Shown: positions 24,645 to 37,914, numbered from the whole stretch's first letter. The stretch is 62,109 nucleotides of DNA, filler included, from Choristocarpus tenellus KU-1152 (GCA_964200185.2; 12 parts of 12 records of this genome joined end to end with filler, not necessarily neighbours in it); one strand, 5' to 3'. Notes: generated by a model from the letters alone, not told the origin. Made by a program: numbers and translations.

Positions 24645-27042
24645 GTGAATGTATCATCAGTGGCTGCAGCAGCACTTCTTCTTGCCAGAAGTGCTGTTGT
24701 GTTGGCAGGGGGAGAACAAGACGTTGCCGAGGTAGGTTGCATGTTTCTTACTATGCTATGATAGGATGTAATAATGATAGGATGTAGTGCAGTTTGTTTC
24801 TGTGCACATTGCATCATCTGGTTTATTTGTTTGGTTAGTTTGGTGGGGTAGTTGGTTAGTCAGTAGGTCTGTTAGCTAGTTGCTTTGGTAATCAGTTGGT
24901 GGGTCGGTTAGTCAGTCAGTTATCCAGTTAATCAGTTAGTCATTCGGTTAGTCAGTCAGTCAGTCAGTTCAGTGTATTGTAGGTAATCATGGTAGTTTGT
25001 GGATGTCTTGTATTTAGATATGTTGTTCATTTTATGGTACTTAAATTAGTATAATAGTTGATTTTTTAACTATTTCTATCTTCAATCTTTCCCATTAATA
25101 TTCGGTTTCAGTTCAAACAGCATGTCGGACTGGCTATAAATGCTGCACAAGATAATATGGCATCAGGCTTTCATCATTTTTTGGGGGGGGTCTTCCAAAT
25201 ACCTATGATGAGATTACCCTATAGTCTATACATGTATTATCATTGAAATTTGACTCAGTTTGCTGTGAAGTAACAAGAAAATCCTTCCCAATGTTTTTTT
25301 TTCCTTGTGCAAACTCTTTCTGAACTGTCGCTGGGCAGAGTCTTGCAAATACCTATGATGAGATTACCCTATAGTCTATAGATATATTATCATTGAAATT
25401 TGACTCAGTTTGCTGTGAAGTAACAAGAAAATCCATCCCAATGTTTTTTTTCCTTGTGAATACAAACTCTTTCTGAACTGTTGCTGGGCAGAGGATGTAG
25501 ATGATTGGCATCTTTGTTGGTTTGTTAGTTAGTTAACTGATGCTGGACAGAGGATGTAGATGATTGGCATCTTTGTTGGTTTCTTCAGAGTATGTTGCAG
25601 TTTATACTGATTGGTAGTTTAACCATTCACACATCTGATTATTTATTTAACCATTCACACATCTGATTATTTATTTAGACATTCACAAATCTGATTGTTT
25701 ATTTAACCATTCACATACCTGATTGTTTATTTAACCATTCACACATCTGATTATTTATTTAACCATTCACACATCTGATTGTTTATTTAACCATTCACAT
25801 ACCTGATTGTTTATTTCACCATTCACACATCTGATTGTTTATTTCACCATTCACATACCTGATTGTTTATTTCACCATTCACACATTTGCCTGCCTTTGT
25901 CTGGTATCGGCGACCTATCACTGCCATGCTTCCAAATCACCACAATTTTAGGGGTTTCCATCCCCTTGAGAAGTCTTACTATTGGTTGAACACAATTGTG
26001 ACTTTTGGAACATTTCAGTACCTCCTTACCAGTACTGTGGACATACAGGGACACCCCCTGCGTGATAGTATGTGTGTTACAACTAGAGTTAATAAGAATT
26101 AATAGGATCATGTGATCGTTTTGAATTTGTAACGTCCTTTTATTCTTGAAAAAATCATTAGTAGTTTTTTGTTTTTGTGTTATTGTGGAAGTGTGGGCTA
26201 CTCTCTCTCTCTCTCTCTCTCAGTCTGTCTCTATGAATGAATTGAATAAATGTGTCTGCATGCATGTGTTGTTTTTTTTCTGAGGACCAATCAGACGATG
26301 TATTTCCTTTGCTCTTTTTTTTTTCTAGAAAGTATTCCCTCGTTGTTGAGCTGTGTAGAAAAGCACTACTGTAAATGTCGTCTGTGTGTGCCTCACAAAA
26401 TGCCCCCAAGTGTATACCCCAAGTGTATACCCCAAGTGTGCAGTATGCATGTAACATGATCTAGGCTTTGGGTTTAGGTTTGAGATTGGAGTAAGGCTAG
26501 GGGTGGAATCAAACGTGTCAGATGTCAGCTTGGCCTGCAATGGACAAGGTTGACTTGTCAGGCAGACACAGCATCTTTTTTTTTCCTTGTCTTCTCGAAA
26601 AAGCCTCACAATATATGCGAAAACCCTAATATATGTCTGTTGTTTATGTCATAAGTATCAGTATTCCAGACTTGTATGTATATATATATAATTTCTATTG
26701 TCAACAGAGAGGACATACAAGACAAACGCTTGTAAGGGGGCAGACAATGGTTCAGAGTAACTGACACTTGACATCTTTGGTTTGGAGTTAGGGTTAGGGT
26801 TAAGGATAGGGATGAAATAGTTGCATATACACTACTGGGTAGGTTCACTGCCCACTGCACAGTCTCCCTCTAATGCCCCTGACCCTCAACCCCCCTTCCC
26901 CCTTTTGACGGACTGATGTTGTTGGTGGATTCAGACACTTGAAGTAAACACAACTCTGGTAGAGACACTTCTGGACTGCATTGCAGAAAACTGGGCCTGC
27001 GATGCCATGAGAGAGTATGTTGAGGGGGAGTTGACAAATATG
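24645..27042 (+). CDS. Internal exons of an unidentified intron-rich gene (partial)
   Basis: Two phase-0 exons bounded by CAG/GT: 24645-24731 (VNVSSVAAAALLLARSAVVLAGGEQDVAE) and 26935-27042 (TLEVNTTLVETLLDCIAENWACDAMREYVEGELTNM). VAAAALLLAR is weakly reminiscent of a cyclin-box helix; not assignable. Confidence 0.5.
25196..25585. repeat. Intronic tandem duplications (150-bp unit x2, then 59-bp unit x2)
   Basis: CAAATACCTATGATGAGATTACC at 25196 and 25346; GCTGG(G/A)CAGAGGATGTAGATGATTGGC at 25483 and 25542. Confidence 0.85.
25618..25886. repeat. Minisatellite, 28-bp unit x~9.5
   Basis: Unit TTTAACCATTCACACATCTGATT(A/G)TTTA with period 28. Confidence 0.9.
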
Positions 27043-28041
27043 GTGAGGCATTTGAGATTCATGGACGTGATTCCTCTTTTTTTTTGTGCTCCATGATAGT
27101 GATAGTGATAGTGATGGTGATAGTGATAGTTATAGTTATAGTTATAGTGATAGTGATAGTGTGATCTACTTCAAAAGCAAGATTGTAAGGTGGCGTAGGG
27201 TAGGGTGGTGGTAGTAGTGTGTGCAGAGTTACGTCGTCATTGTTAAACACCTTCTACTTTTAAGAAAGGTCGTTTTTGTGTGATTCTGACCCTAGCCCTA
27301 TTGGTGCAGTATCTGACTCTTTTAGTAACTGTATTATATTATTAGAATATTATTATTATTTTCCATTTTTTTGTCGTATAACTGTGGTCATTAAAAGGTA
27401 TATATGTATATAAATATATGCTTTGAAATTTGGCCCTAACCCTAACCCTCAGCTTGCATGGCAATGTAGTCTGGACCTTCATGTCTTTTCACTCGTTTGT
27501 ACCAATCACCATAGATAGAAATAGGACTAAATAATGCAATAATAGAAATAAACAGTAATTTGATGTTGATTCTATTGTGCCTCCACTCTGATTCCTGTTT
27601 AGTGGCATCAATCCTTGAAAAGGCTCCAACCAATGTATCTGTAAAGCCTGCGACTCTTCAAATAGTTTTTTTCTATTATTATTGTTATACTTAGTATTGT
27701 TATTATTATATTTACTATTATTGTTAATGTTATGTTTATTATTATTATTATTATGAGTGTGCTCAAACACTGCTGTGAAAGAAGACTGTTGGGTTTCAGT
27801 TTTGGTTGAAGGCGTCCATGACATTTTTTCAGCAGAACGGGATACGTACATATATACATATAAATATGTATGTGTTTGCTAAAGTGATTGGTATTGAATG
27901 ACATAGTAGGAAGAAAGTCTTTTTGGGATGGTGCGATCCAGGAAATATTCCAGTAAAGTTCTTATTGGTAGGTAGTTGGGTTTATGATATCAAGGTATGA
28001 TGGGAGATTAATTGATGGAGGGAAACCTACATCTATCCATA

Positions 28042-28093
<52 letters not shown>

Positions 28094-28315
28094 GCATTTC
28101 TGTCACATGAGTAGTCAATGTGTACTTGATGAATTGTTTGGGTGTATTGCCTTTTTTGGCATGTTCCCTCCCTTCTTGCCATGTTCTGTCTACCCTATCC
28201 CCCATCCCCTATCCCNNNNNNNNNNNNNNNNNNNNNNNNNNNNNNNNNNNNNNNNNNNNTTAATTAATTAANNNNNNNNNNNNNNNNNNNNNNNNNNNNN
28301 NNNNNNNNNNNNNNN

Positions 28316-28481
28316 GGGGGGGGGTGGTTTGTGAAGGGGTGTTCGTTTCGCTCAAATAGCTCTTTTTTTTGCTGACATTTCAAATCCGACACGTGCGACC
28401 AAATCACACCAAAAAAGTGAAAATCGAAAAAAAAAGGTGAAAAACGGACGTCGACACCTCCCCCCCCAGATACTTTAACCC
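28316..28481. mobile_element. MITE family A-related partial copy at contig start
   Basis: Begins in a G run and ends CCCCCCCCAGATACTTTAACCC. Confidence 0.65.
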
Positions 28482-28636
28482 ATAATAGTACAATAAAATA
28501 ACAGAGTATATAGACTGAAGCAATAGTTCATATAATAGTGCAATATAGTAGTACTGTTTTTCTGACTAACTAGATAGTTTCAATTATCAAAAAGGTGCCT
28601 CTCCTACATTTTTGTCCCTAGAAAAAAAAATTCATG

Positions 28637-28791
28637 CAATACTATTGGTATAGTAAGAATATTTGATGATCAACAATACTAATTGTATAATAAGAGTATT
28701 TAATGATCAACAATACCATTTGTATAATAAGAATATTTGATGATCAACAATACTATTAGTATAGTAAGAATATTTAATTATAAACAATACC
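28637..28791. repeat. Minisatellite, 37-bp unit x4
   Basis: CAATAC at 28637, 28674, 28711 and 28748; consensus CAATACTATT.GTATA(A/G)TAAGAATATTT(G/A)ATGATCAA. Confidence 0.85.
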
Positions 28792-28813
28792 TATTTTCTT
28801 TTTATTGTTTCAG

Positions 28814-31800
28814 GGTCAGTGCCAGCTCAGTCCAGAGGCAGCAACACGCCTTGAGGAGATAGAGGGACTGTTGGCCAATGATGAGAAGGATCTTGTCAAG
28901 GTGTTGGAGCCATTCGCATTTGTGTATGCCTACATGACTGTATAGGAACAATTCTCTTGATTCAAATTTTGTTTAACAGGAACAGGGAATTATTAATAAT
29001 ATGTGTGTGTGTGTCTGTGTGAGTGTGAGTGTGTTTTGTCACCTTGCATGTGGATTGGTTTTTGTTTTCTTGTCGAGATACTTGCCTGAAAAAATTGTTG
29101 TAACACCCCCCCCACCCCTTCCTACCTGTTGTGATGAATTGAATTTATTGAATTGAATTGTTACTGAGGAGTTCAGGCTTCGAAGGCGTTGGCTAAGGCT
29201 GAAAACTCCATCAAGTCACTGCAGACTCAAATCATGGATGTGGGTGGAGACCGGCTAAAGAAGGCTGTGAAGAGAGCTGAAGCAGCTGCTAGGTAATCAG
29301 AATAAGAATATTGCATAGATAAGTGTAAGGTATAATAGTGTCAAATACAACGTTGAAAAGAACGCCTTGTGTGTGTGTGTGTGTGTGTGTTCATTTTAGG
29401 GTGCTTTTGTTTTTTATTTATCTTAAGTTGAGAGTCCACTATGAGAACCTATAAGATTGTTCTTTTCTTTGTTCTTCAGCAGCAAGATTCTTGTAAGAAG
29501 AAACAAGCACCCATTTTTTTATTTAACATTTCGGAACATTGGAGGGGGTGGAAGAGAGATACATACATACATACATACATACATACATACATACATACAT
29601 ACAGTCATTTCTTCTCCAGGTTGCTGTGAACATGTAAGCAATCAATCCCCCCCCCCTTTTCCCTTTTCCTACCCTTCATTGGATGATCCTTCGCACTAAG
29701 GGCATTGGATGAGGCGGTGGCAGCAGTGAATATGGCCGCTGTTGGCTCTAAGGGGGAGAGGAAGAAGGGAGATAAGGCTGCCAACGATGCTCGTAAGAAA
29801 GAAAAAGATCTTCAAGACCTATCTTCACAGGCAGAAGAGGCTGCAAAGGCCTTCAAGGGGCTGGAGGATGATGCCGCCAAGGTGGGGAGGTATTGATTTG
29901 TTTAGGGTTATCTTCTCTTTTTTTATTTTATGTTTATTATATATAGATGCATCTATTGATTTTTATTATGAATTTGGTTCTGTGTGGTGACGTGAGTTGA
30001 ACTTTTTTTTTCTTTGTGTATAGTGTTGATGTCTATGTCTATGTCATATGTCTTATTTTCATGCTGAAGGGTACCTATCCCTAACCCTTCAAAAAAAAAA
30101 GACTTTGACAAAACTTTCATGCGTGAAGTACATCCATGGTTATTGATGGTTATTGACGTTGGATAATTGTAGTGAATATTTGGGGTTTATTGTGCATGTA
30201 CATCACAAACCCTAACCCTAACCCATGTACATCACAAACCCTATCTCTAACCCTAACAGCATCACGAAAATATATTTAAATTTAAATTATACATTTACAG
30301 ATTTCTTGCAAAAAAAAAAAGTGTGCTCCAACCACACAGAGTGTGGGAGGTAGATGCGGATAAGACATTTGTATGTGTTTTTTTGTGACAGTGTAACTGA
30401 TGTAACTGCCAATACAATGACGGTTACATCAGTTACATAGGCGCTGTCACACCTCACTACTTGGGTCGGGGATGATGTAAATGGGGTGAGGTATAGATGG
30501 CTGTTCTGTATGACCCCTGAGAAAACTAACAATAGTATCTCATCTTCAGCATAGACCAGCACCTCTCTAGTGACACATATAGAATAACTATGTATGTTTA
30601 TTTGTGTGTATATACTGTGTTACCATTGTGTTACCATTGTTGCTGTCATTTGGTACTGATTTTTTTTCTGGAGAGAACAGTTCAAAGTAAGGTACAGTAG
30701 AGATGCCGGACACCAACCAACCCTAAAATATTTTATCCTCTTTTTCTATTTCGCATCATTATTACTGTTATTAGTACTGGATTAATGCTGTTATTAGTAC
30801 TGGATTAATACTGTTATTAGTACTAGATTAATGCTGTTATTAGTACTGGATTAATACTATTATTAGTCCTGGATTAATACTGTTATTAGTACTGGATTAA
30901 TACTGTTATTAGTACTAGATTAAAACTGTTATTAGTACTGGATTAATACTATTATTAGTACTGGATTAATACTGTTATTAGTACTGGATTGATGCTATTA
31001 TTAGTTCTGGATTAATGCTGTTATTAGTACTGGACTAATACTGTTATTAGTACTGGATTAATACTGTTATTAGTACTAGATTAATACTGTTGTTAAATGA
31101 TAACCAGAGGGAATATTTCTGTTATCTATTTAGTGGGTTAGGGCTAGGGTGGAGAATATTTTTTTTTTCTTCTCTGTACTCCTCGCTCATGTACACATGT
31201 GTTGACAGTTTGAGGTACAATCTCAAACAGAAAAAAAAGGATATAAATGGTAATTGTTGTTATATTGTCATTCTTGGATATAATCCTTTTCCAGGTATTT
31301 GAAGCTTATGAGCAGGCTCAAGAGGATGTGGCAAACAAGGCACAGGAGTTGGGTGTCATCGCAGAAGAGCATAAGAAGGCCAAGACCTTGGAGGATACAA
31401 TCATGAGGGTGGAGGTTGACATCTGCACCAAGCTGGAGGACATGAATAAGGTGAGACTTGATTGACCCTGTTGATATTTATTTGAATAAGATTTTTGATA
31501 ACAGTCAACAAGGGCATGCAGACCATCATTTCCTTTGTGCTGTGTTACTCTGTGTTGTGCTGTGTTGTGTTATGTTGTGTTACATTGTAGGGTATAAAAG
31601 AAAACAGGAGCATGTCGAAGAACTGGGGGCACAAGCTTGATGACCTGTTAGCCTTACACAAGAAGGAGTTCATAGATTCGGGCGTTTCCTTGGAGAAGGA
31701 AGAAGGAGAAGAGGAGGATGAAGGAGAGGAGGATACTGATGATGAGGACATGCAGGGCTGTGGTGATAACACTGAGGCTAATGAAGAGATGAAGATCAAG

Positions 31801-31850
31801 GGGAGCACTGGTGGGGAGGGAGAGGGGGAGGAGGAGGTGGGTGTGTCTAG
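28814..31850 (+). CDS. SMC4: Structural maintenance of chromosomes protein 4 (condensin), internal fragment of the C-terminal coiled coil
   Basis: Five phase-compatible GT-AG exons: 28814-28900, 29177-29292, 29701-29881, 31295-31450, 31591-~31850. They join to GQCQLSPEAATRLEEIEGLL...SLQTQIMDVGGDRLKK...FKGLEDDAAKVFEAYEQAQ...EVDICTKLEDMNKGIKEN...WGHKLDDL. The IMDVGG.RL motif and the W..KL..L followed by an acidic insert are typical of SMC4. 3' boundary of the last exon uncertain; gene truncated by both contig ends. Confidence 0.75.
30763..31092. repeat. Intronic minisatellite, 23-bp unit x~14
   Basis: Unit CTGTTATTAGTACTGGATTAATA with period 23, inside the SMC4 intron. Confidence 0.92.
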
Positions 31851-32119
31851 TAGGTACTCAGGCGTGGGCATATAAANNNNNNNNNNNNNNNNNNNNNNNN
31901 NNNNNNNNNNNNNNNNNNNNTTAATTAATTAANNNNNNNNNNNNNNNNNNNNNNNNNNNNNNNNNNNNNNNNNNNNCGGTAGGTGTCGAACGACCCATGC
32001 CCGGCTCTCGGTGTCTCTGCATAGGGTGTGGGGCACACATCAGGCCACGGCAATTGGATGGGATTGGCGAGAGTAGTTGTGTGGCAAATACACATGAAGG
32101 ACAGTTTGAGGATGATTAC

Positions 32120-32744
32120 TACTTCGCAAATAGAACGCAAGGGTCGTTTCTTAGAACGAAAAGCTCCTTTGTAAGCACAAAGTCTAGAGTCTTCGATCGA
32201 AGGGCAGCGATTACGGTTGTCAGAATATGTCCTTGGCGTTGATGGTATGACTGAGGCACAAACCAGCGCATAATGCGACCAATATCAGAGGAGGCCAGAT
32301 CCCAACAACTGGACCCCAGGGTACCCAATCTGCGAAAAAAGGGGGAAACATTCTAACTACTCACTGATAACTGCCGGGTCAGAAAAAATAGTCACCGTAA
32401 TCATGCTTCAGAGAATCACACTTGCCTTGTCTGTTGACGAACGAAAATGAATTCATCCAACACAGCACCCACACGAGGAAGACAAACAGACCAACCGAAG
32501 TACTCTGCTTCTTCACACGTTCGACATCACTTCTTCACAACCAATCGCGAAGCTCACCAGCAGAAGCGACAGGTGTTGACAGGAAATGCGTGGACGATTT
32601 TCGATGTTGGGCAGTGCTGCGAAGAACTGATCTGCCAATTTGAGAGATATCGGTTGGACAAACCCCAATATGACCCCAGCAACTTTGCGATGGACGGGTC
32701 TTCCCGAGGAGAGCGGAGAAGGATCGTAATACATGTCGGCTCAT
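32120..32744 (-). CDS. Possible 5' exons of a gene divergent from the 33098 ORF (transit-peptide-like N-terminus)
   Basis: MSRHVLRSFSALLGKTRPS... is Arg/Ser-rich and acid-poor, ending at a G|GTGAG donor (~32559). An acceptor TTTCGCAG lies at ~32331, but I could not make the exon phases agree. Confidence 0.3.
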
Positions 32745-33097
32745 GAGCGGAGTACTGTTCGGATCAAGCTTGTGTTGTTGTTTGACTGCAAGGTGTTGGC
32801 CTTTTGACTTTTCGTTCTTGACCTTTGATGCTTGACCTATGACCTTTAATGACCTCTATGTAAGAAAGTGTCCATTCGTTAAAGGCAATATGAAACCGCA
32901 AGTTCACTACACTTCTTACGCGACTTCACGACTTCGTACTTTCATCGTGAGCAAAAAAGCGCAAATATCACAAGATCATCGATTCGGGATGGGGGAAAGC
33001 GGAGCCCTTGTCTTCTCCCGTGCCGATCCTTACGCTACGTGATGGATGGCGTGGTTGAATTTGACTCGAGATGCTTTGATCTACAGGTTCAGGAACG

Positions 33098-34225
33098 ATG
33101 GCCATCGAGAGCATCGTTGGACCCATCGACATCCCCTCGGTCCGACCAAGCTCCTCTTCAGCGACCATGACCCATCTTGTCGTTGCTGAGCTCAAGCGCG
33201 AGGCTTTTGCCAAGGTGGCGGAAAGAGAGTCGTGTCTATCTCGCCTTCGAGAGATGCTCTTCCCTCCAAACAATATTCCTGGAAAGGCGAAAGGAGATGA
33301 CGACATACTCGCTTCAGTGATAGCCGAGGGTGGGCATAGACCAAGTCCAGGTATCCGCGAGATACAAGGTGTACTGAGTGCTCTTAGGATAGCATCTTTA
33401 GAGGTAGTGGAAAACGTGCAAGCTTGGAGGCGTGCAGAAGGTCACCTCTCTCTCGAGGACGTTCACTCCGCCAGCCGACCTTGGAGCAGTGACAGTTCAG
33501 TAATGCTTGGGAGGAGCGAAGCATCAGTGATGTTGCCTACTGTACGAGACGCTTCATCATCGAATAGTAGTTCAAGGACAAAAATCGGCCACCTTCCGCC
33601 ATTCATTTTTACTCCTTCAAGCTACCCTGTCGATTCTTGTGTGTCGGGTTGTGAAGGCAACCCAGAGAACGAAGACTCCAACATGGGCGTTTCGTGTTAC
33701 GAGTCTGGCAGAGATAATCAGGAGGAAACCAGCGAGGGAGTGAACTACCTATTTAAAATGATATCTGACACAGACTTTGCAGGGTCCCCTGGATCCATTG
33801 TTGTCGACCTCTTTCCGCCCGATGCCAAACTGTATCGCAACCCATTTTTGCTTGGGCACAATCTTGACGAGACCCACACTATCTTCACTGGGAGTAGCCC
33901 CCGGGCTCCCAGTAGCGTATGGAGCAGTATGGGAAAAGAAGACAAGGAGCATGGAATAGGAACTGGGGCAAATGGTCAATTCAACAGTGCCAGGGTGAAG
34001 CGAGCATCGTCAATCATATTGGATGAAGAAGCTGCAGTAAGGGTGAGAAAACGCTCAAACTTAGATGGACACTCGAAAAGATCATCAGGCAAAGAGCAAA
34101 AGAGAATCTGCAATACGGCAGGAGAGACTGATGCTAGGGTTGGGGAAGTTTTACTCAAAGTGGCTGTGAACAGTGCTGAGAAGATCATAGGGGGGGTACC
34201 TGTGTCTTCCGAAACTACACTCCAG
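33098..34225 (+). CDS. Conserved hypothetical protein, large first coding exon (LR.ASLEVVE.V..WR ... NYL.KM..D.DF ... NPF motif set)
   Basis: 376-codon open frame ending at CAG|GTGTG. Motifs LRIASLEVVENVQAWRR, GVNYLFKMISDTDF and RNPFLL match a pattern I recall from uncharacterised protist proteins. Downstream exons not resolved. Confidence 0.7.
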
Positions 34226-34519
34226 GTGTGAGATAGAGTATTGTAAGCCTTGACCAATAAAAGGGATACGGACTTGAATATTGACAATAGGTATGGGAGA
34301 GCTTTGGCTAGACATTGTTCTATCCCCCTCAACGATTTAATCATTCGATGTCATGTCTAGATTATGAACATCGAATTGCAAGCAGAGAGCTGGAACTATT
34401 TTCAAGATATAATTCGAAGTACACTAACCAGGTTTAGCTTCATTCTTGTGTACACAACCCCATCTCATTTTGGCTTTTTATCCTAGGCAAAATGATCATG
34501 AATAGCACATACCATTGGA

Positions 34520-36400
34520 GCCCCAGGTAGACTGGAGGAAATATGTCCATGCTGTTGATTATCATTATCTATCTTGCTCAAGGCTGTTTCAATTTTTCAG
34601 CAAGCTCAGAATTTAGTCTGGAGTACTATTCTTCACACTGCATTCCACAGTTTGGGCGAAGTTTGCAAAGATCATTGATGAGTGCATTGCATCAGATATA
34701 CTCAGAGCACTGCTATACAAATCCATATTGCTGTGATGAACCACGAACCTTGGAAATGTGAGAACTCTGGCAATCCCCCCTCCCCATATTTCAGTTTCCA
34801 ATCAAGGATTTGGATCAGTCCTAACCTTCAATACAACAGCATTTCTCTCCTGAACCCCCCCATACGTATTGTTCGTGGTTCCATCACCTTTTCTGCCATG
34901 ACTAAATTTTCACCTTCTAATAAGGATGCACGCAGCTTGATCTCAGCAACCCTTGGAGTGGTGCTGCAGAATGCAGAGTTCACCTTTGTTGTGGATGGGG
35001 GGAGCATTCCCAAGATCAAGGAATCCACTATTCTTGCAATGAGTATTGTGCAGGGTGTGCCCTTAATCCTGGCCTGCGAGGAACTGGTGAGTTTTGTTCC
35101 CATACAACCCTAACCCTATGCTTCTTCCCCAGAATATCACGATTGCAAAGACCTCAAACTGTAGACCTTACAAGGCAATACTTCATTAAGTGAATTGCCT
35201 GGAGTATTTGGTATGATGTAGTTCAAAGACTCAGATCAGTGCCAACAGATAAGCATCTATCAATTGTAAGGCCATCAAGTGTCCAGTAACTTTCAGGTAG
35301 AACTAAATGGTAACAGAGAAGTGTATCAAAATAGTAGCACAGACAAAACTTGCAGAAAAAACATGAGGTAAAGAGTTACAGAGATTTGGTATTTTGGCCA
35401 CTCGGGGATCTGGGGGTATTTAGCACAACAAGGTGCCCAAAGACTCACTCCAATATTGTAGGGGAATTCACTGCCATGCTGGATATATTGTTCCAAGAAT
35501 GGATGAAGGGAAGCTTAGGTGAGGCTCTAAAAAAACTTCCTTTTTTCCCATCTCAATTCTGGCTTGAAACACTTGAACTCGATATTGTGTTGGTATGGGT
35601 GGTACTTGTTAATACCAGGCCCTCAGAAGGGATCTGTTTATCAGGAGACTATTCACAGTCATGAAGGTCATCATGTGCTTGTTGATTTGCTAGAAAAATC
35701 AAAGGCATGGAGGGGATTCCCACTGCGTGTAACAAACGTTAATGTACTATCAGAATTTCACAGGCAGCTGCACTACCCATATGATCGAGGAGGGACACCA
35801 TGAAACATTGCCTGAGACTCATCAACAAGCCAACTGAAACAATGCCTGAGAAAACATCATTTGGCACACTGAAATCCCCTGAATAGTCTGACTGTCAACT
35901 GTGTAAAATAGGTATTGTTGTATGCAATATCTTGCCCCATTCATTTGCCAAGAATTTACATTTTTAATCTCCATCCATCATTTCCAAAGGAAGGAGTAGA
36001 GCTATTGGCGCCTCAGCAAGGGGATGAAAACCAAGCACCATTAAGTGTAGGGCAGGGGGACGGAGCTTCAAAGGTCTTGGGGAAGACCAAGAGAAGGATC
36101 AAGGGGTTGAAAAAGGGTGATGCAGTTGCTGAGGGGGGAGGTGGGAGGCTAGCGGAGCAACAACCAAAAACAGTGGAAGGTGGGATGTCAAAGGTCACGT
36201 CATGCATACTTGTAAGAGCCAAGTCCGCATCCACTCATCACTAATTGATAGTCTGCAACATTAAACAAGTGACGCCAAATAGAGAAGGATAACACATTCA
36301 ATTGACCACATGGTAAAGGGGACAGGGGTTTTAGAGGAAGAATTCCACAACTCGATTGGTGTATAAAAATCGAATTCAGCCAATAGAATTGATTCACCCT
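34520..36400 (-). pseudogene. Highly decayed non-LTR retrotransposon (RT region, CRE-like)
   Basis: Minus-strand remnants ASLLEGENLVMAEKVMEPRTIRMGG (like LI.L.K..G..RPI..G), IFANFAQTV (like DF.NAFN), and Cys/His-rich pieces upstream; many disruptions. Confidence 0.35.
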
Positions 36401-37257
36401 GCCCAGAATGAATTCCTTCTCGAGAGAAAAAAAATATCACAGAAGATGTTATGCTAGACTAATATGTATATGCCTTGTTTCTCTACAGCCGGGTTTGGTT
36501 GTGTATGTATTGTCATCTATCTTAATATTTGTAGAACTGCTAAAGAAGAGGTAGCCCTATCAAATGTCTGGTGGAGTCAGTTAACAGGCGCCAATGGTGA
36601 TTAGTTGGGCAGTGCATCCTTGGTTTAGATGAGCCAATGAGATTAATTAGGAAATTACTCGGTCGGAACACATGCAAATTGAGAAAGCAAACACATTTTT
36701 TTTTCAAGGAAGTAGAAGTATGAATCATAAGAAAGGAAAACAACATTAAGATGGGACTTTCTCAAAATTAGAAGCTCATGTCTTGCGTAAGGACATTTTC
36801 TTGGAAAAAAAAGAAGTATGTAACCGACAAACTAACGCTTGAACGACATTGTTGCTTGAACCAGGGCTTGCATCCCGTGGTTCTCTTTGGACCAAAGGGA
36901 TATATAATCATCTGTACCTACCTACCAACCTGCAAGTCCAGATATAGTCTATTGTAGAATACCAAGTAGCGAGCAAACAAGCTGATTGACCCCTATGGCC
37001 ATTTTCACCAGGCATTTATGTTCACATCTGCCCATGGATCTATCCACAAGTGGTCTGTCCACCTTTTCCACTAATGTGTGTTCACTTCAATGTCCTGGAT
37101 GTGGTCGCCTTTTACCTTGGTGGACTCGTATAAATTTTCTCACCAATGACCCACCAAAATAATCCATGCTGACCTCTCAACGCTATGTGGGGGTGGGGGC
37201 AGTGGTGGAGGCGCAAGGTCAGAGTGTGTCTCGCCAGGGATCAAGGAAGAGGTATGT

Positions 37258-37271
37258 GGGTCAAAGTATCT

Positions 37272-37309
<38 letters not shown>

Positions 37310-37339
37310 CGGGGGGGGGGGGGGGGGGGGGGGGGGGGG
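37258..37339. mobile_element. MITE family A terminus running into poly-G at contig end
   Basis: GGGTCAAAGTATCTGG followed by about 60 G. Equivalent termini lie at or near contig ends at 16822-16840, 24273-24288, 54376-54410 and 57167-57198. Confidence 0.75.
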
Positions 37340-37914
37340 NNNNNNNNNNNNNNNNNNNNNNNNNNNNNNNNNNNNNNNNNNNNTTAATTAATTAANNNNN
37401 NNNNNNNNNNNNNNNNNNNNNNNNNNNNNNNNNNNNNNNCCGGTGATTCTCTTCGCCACCCTTGCCTGAGTGAACCACGCCGCCACAGAATCACACGATT
37501 CACACTACCCTCTCTTATATAGGCACATATAGATGATCAGTGGTGGTTTTTACACGCACGTGTTTTCACATTTATGATATTTTATTTCTTTAGGGCTAAT
37601 ATAGGCACATCAACTGTATATGACAATGTGATGGGGGATAACTTCATGTTGAGTGTTACGTTTTCCAATATTGGAATCTCTTTCTGTATTGTTTAAAGGT
37701 ATACCTGGATTTGTCTGTTCCTTCTCACCTTCTTGTCTTCTCGTCGTCCTTGTTGGAAGAGTGGAGGATTTTTTGGCAGTGAGACTCCTGGGACGTGGGG
37801 AGGTGGAACTTCATTAACCCTTGGTTATACTCCCTGCCCGTGCTTTGTAAGTGGAGTTTCACTTGCTATTGGTGTTTCAACCTTTTCATTTCTGTAAGGA
37901 GGTTTTGAGACAAG

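Noticed and set aside
25618-25886. 28-bp repeats, and also the 23-, 37- and 52-bp arrays, as possible CRISPR arrays
   Set aside because: Units are head-to-tail with no unique spacers, lie in eukaryotic introns, and no cas genes are present.
37275-37339. Long poly-G and the Gly-rich ORFs 37166-37391; also 54575-54634
   Set aside because: Located at contig ends, the first directly after a MITE G tract; the length is probably inflated by sequencing or assembly artefact. Not coding.
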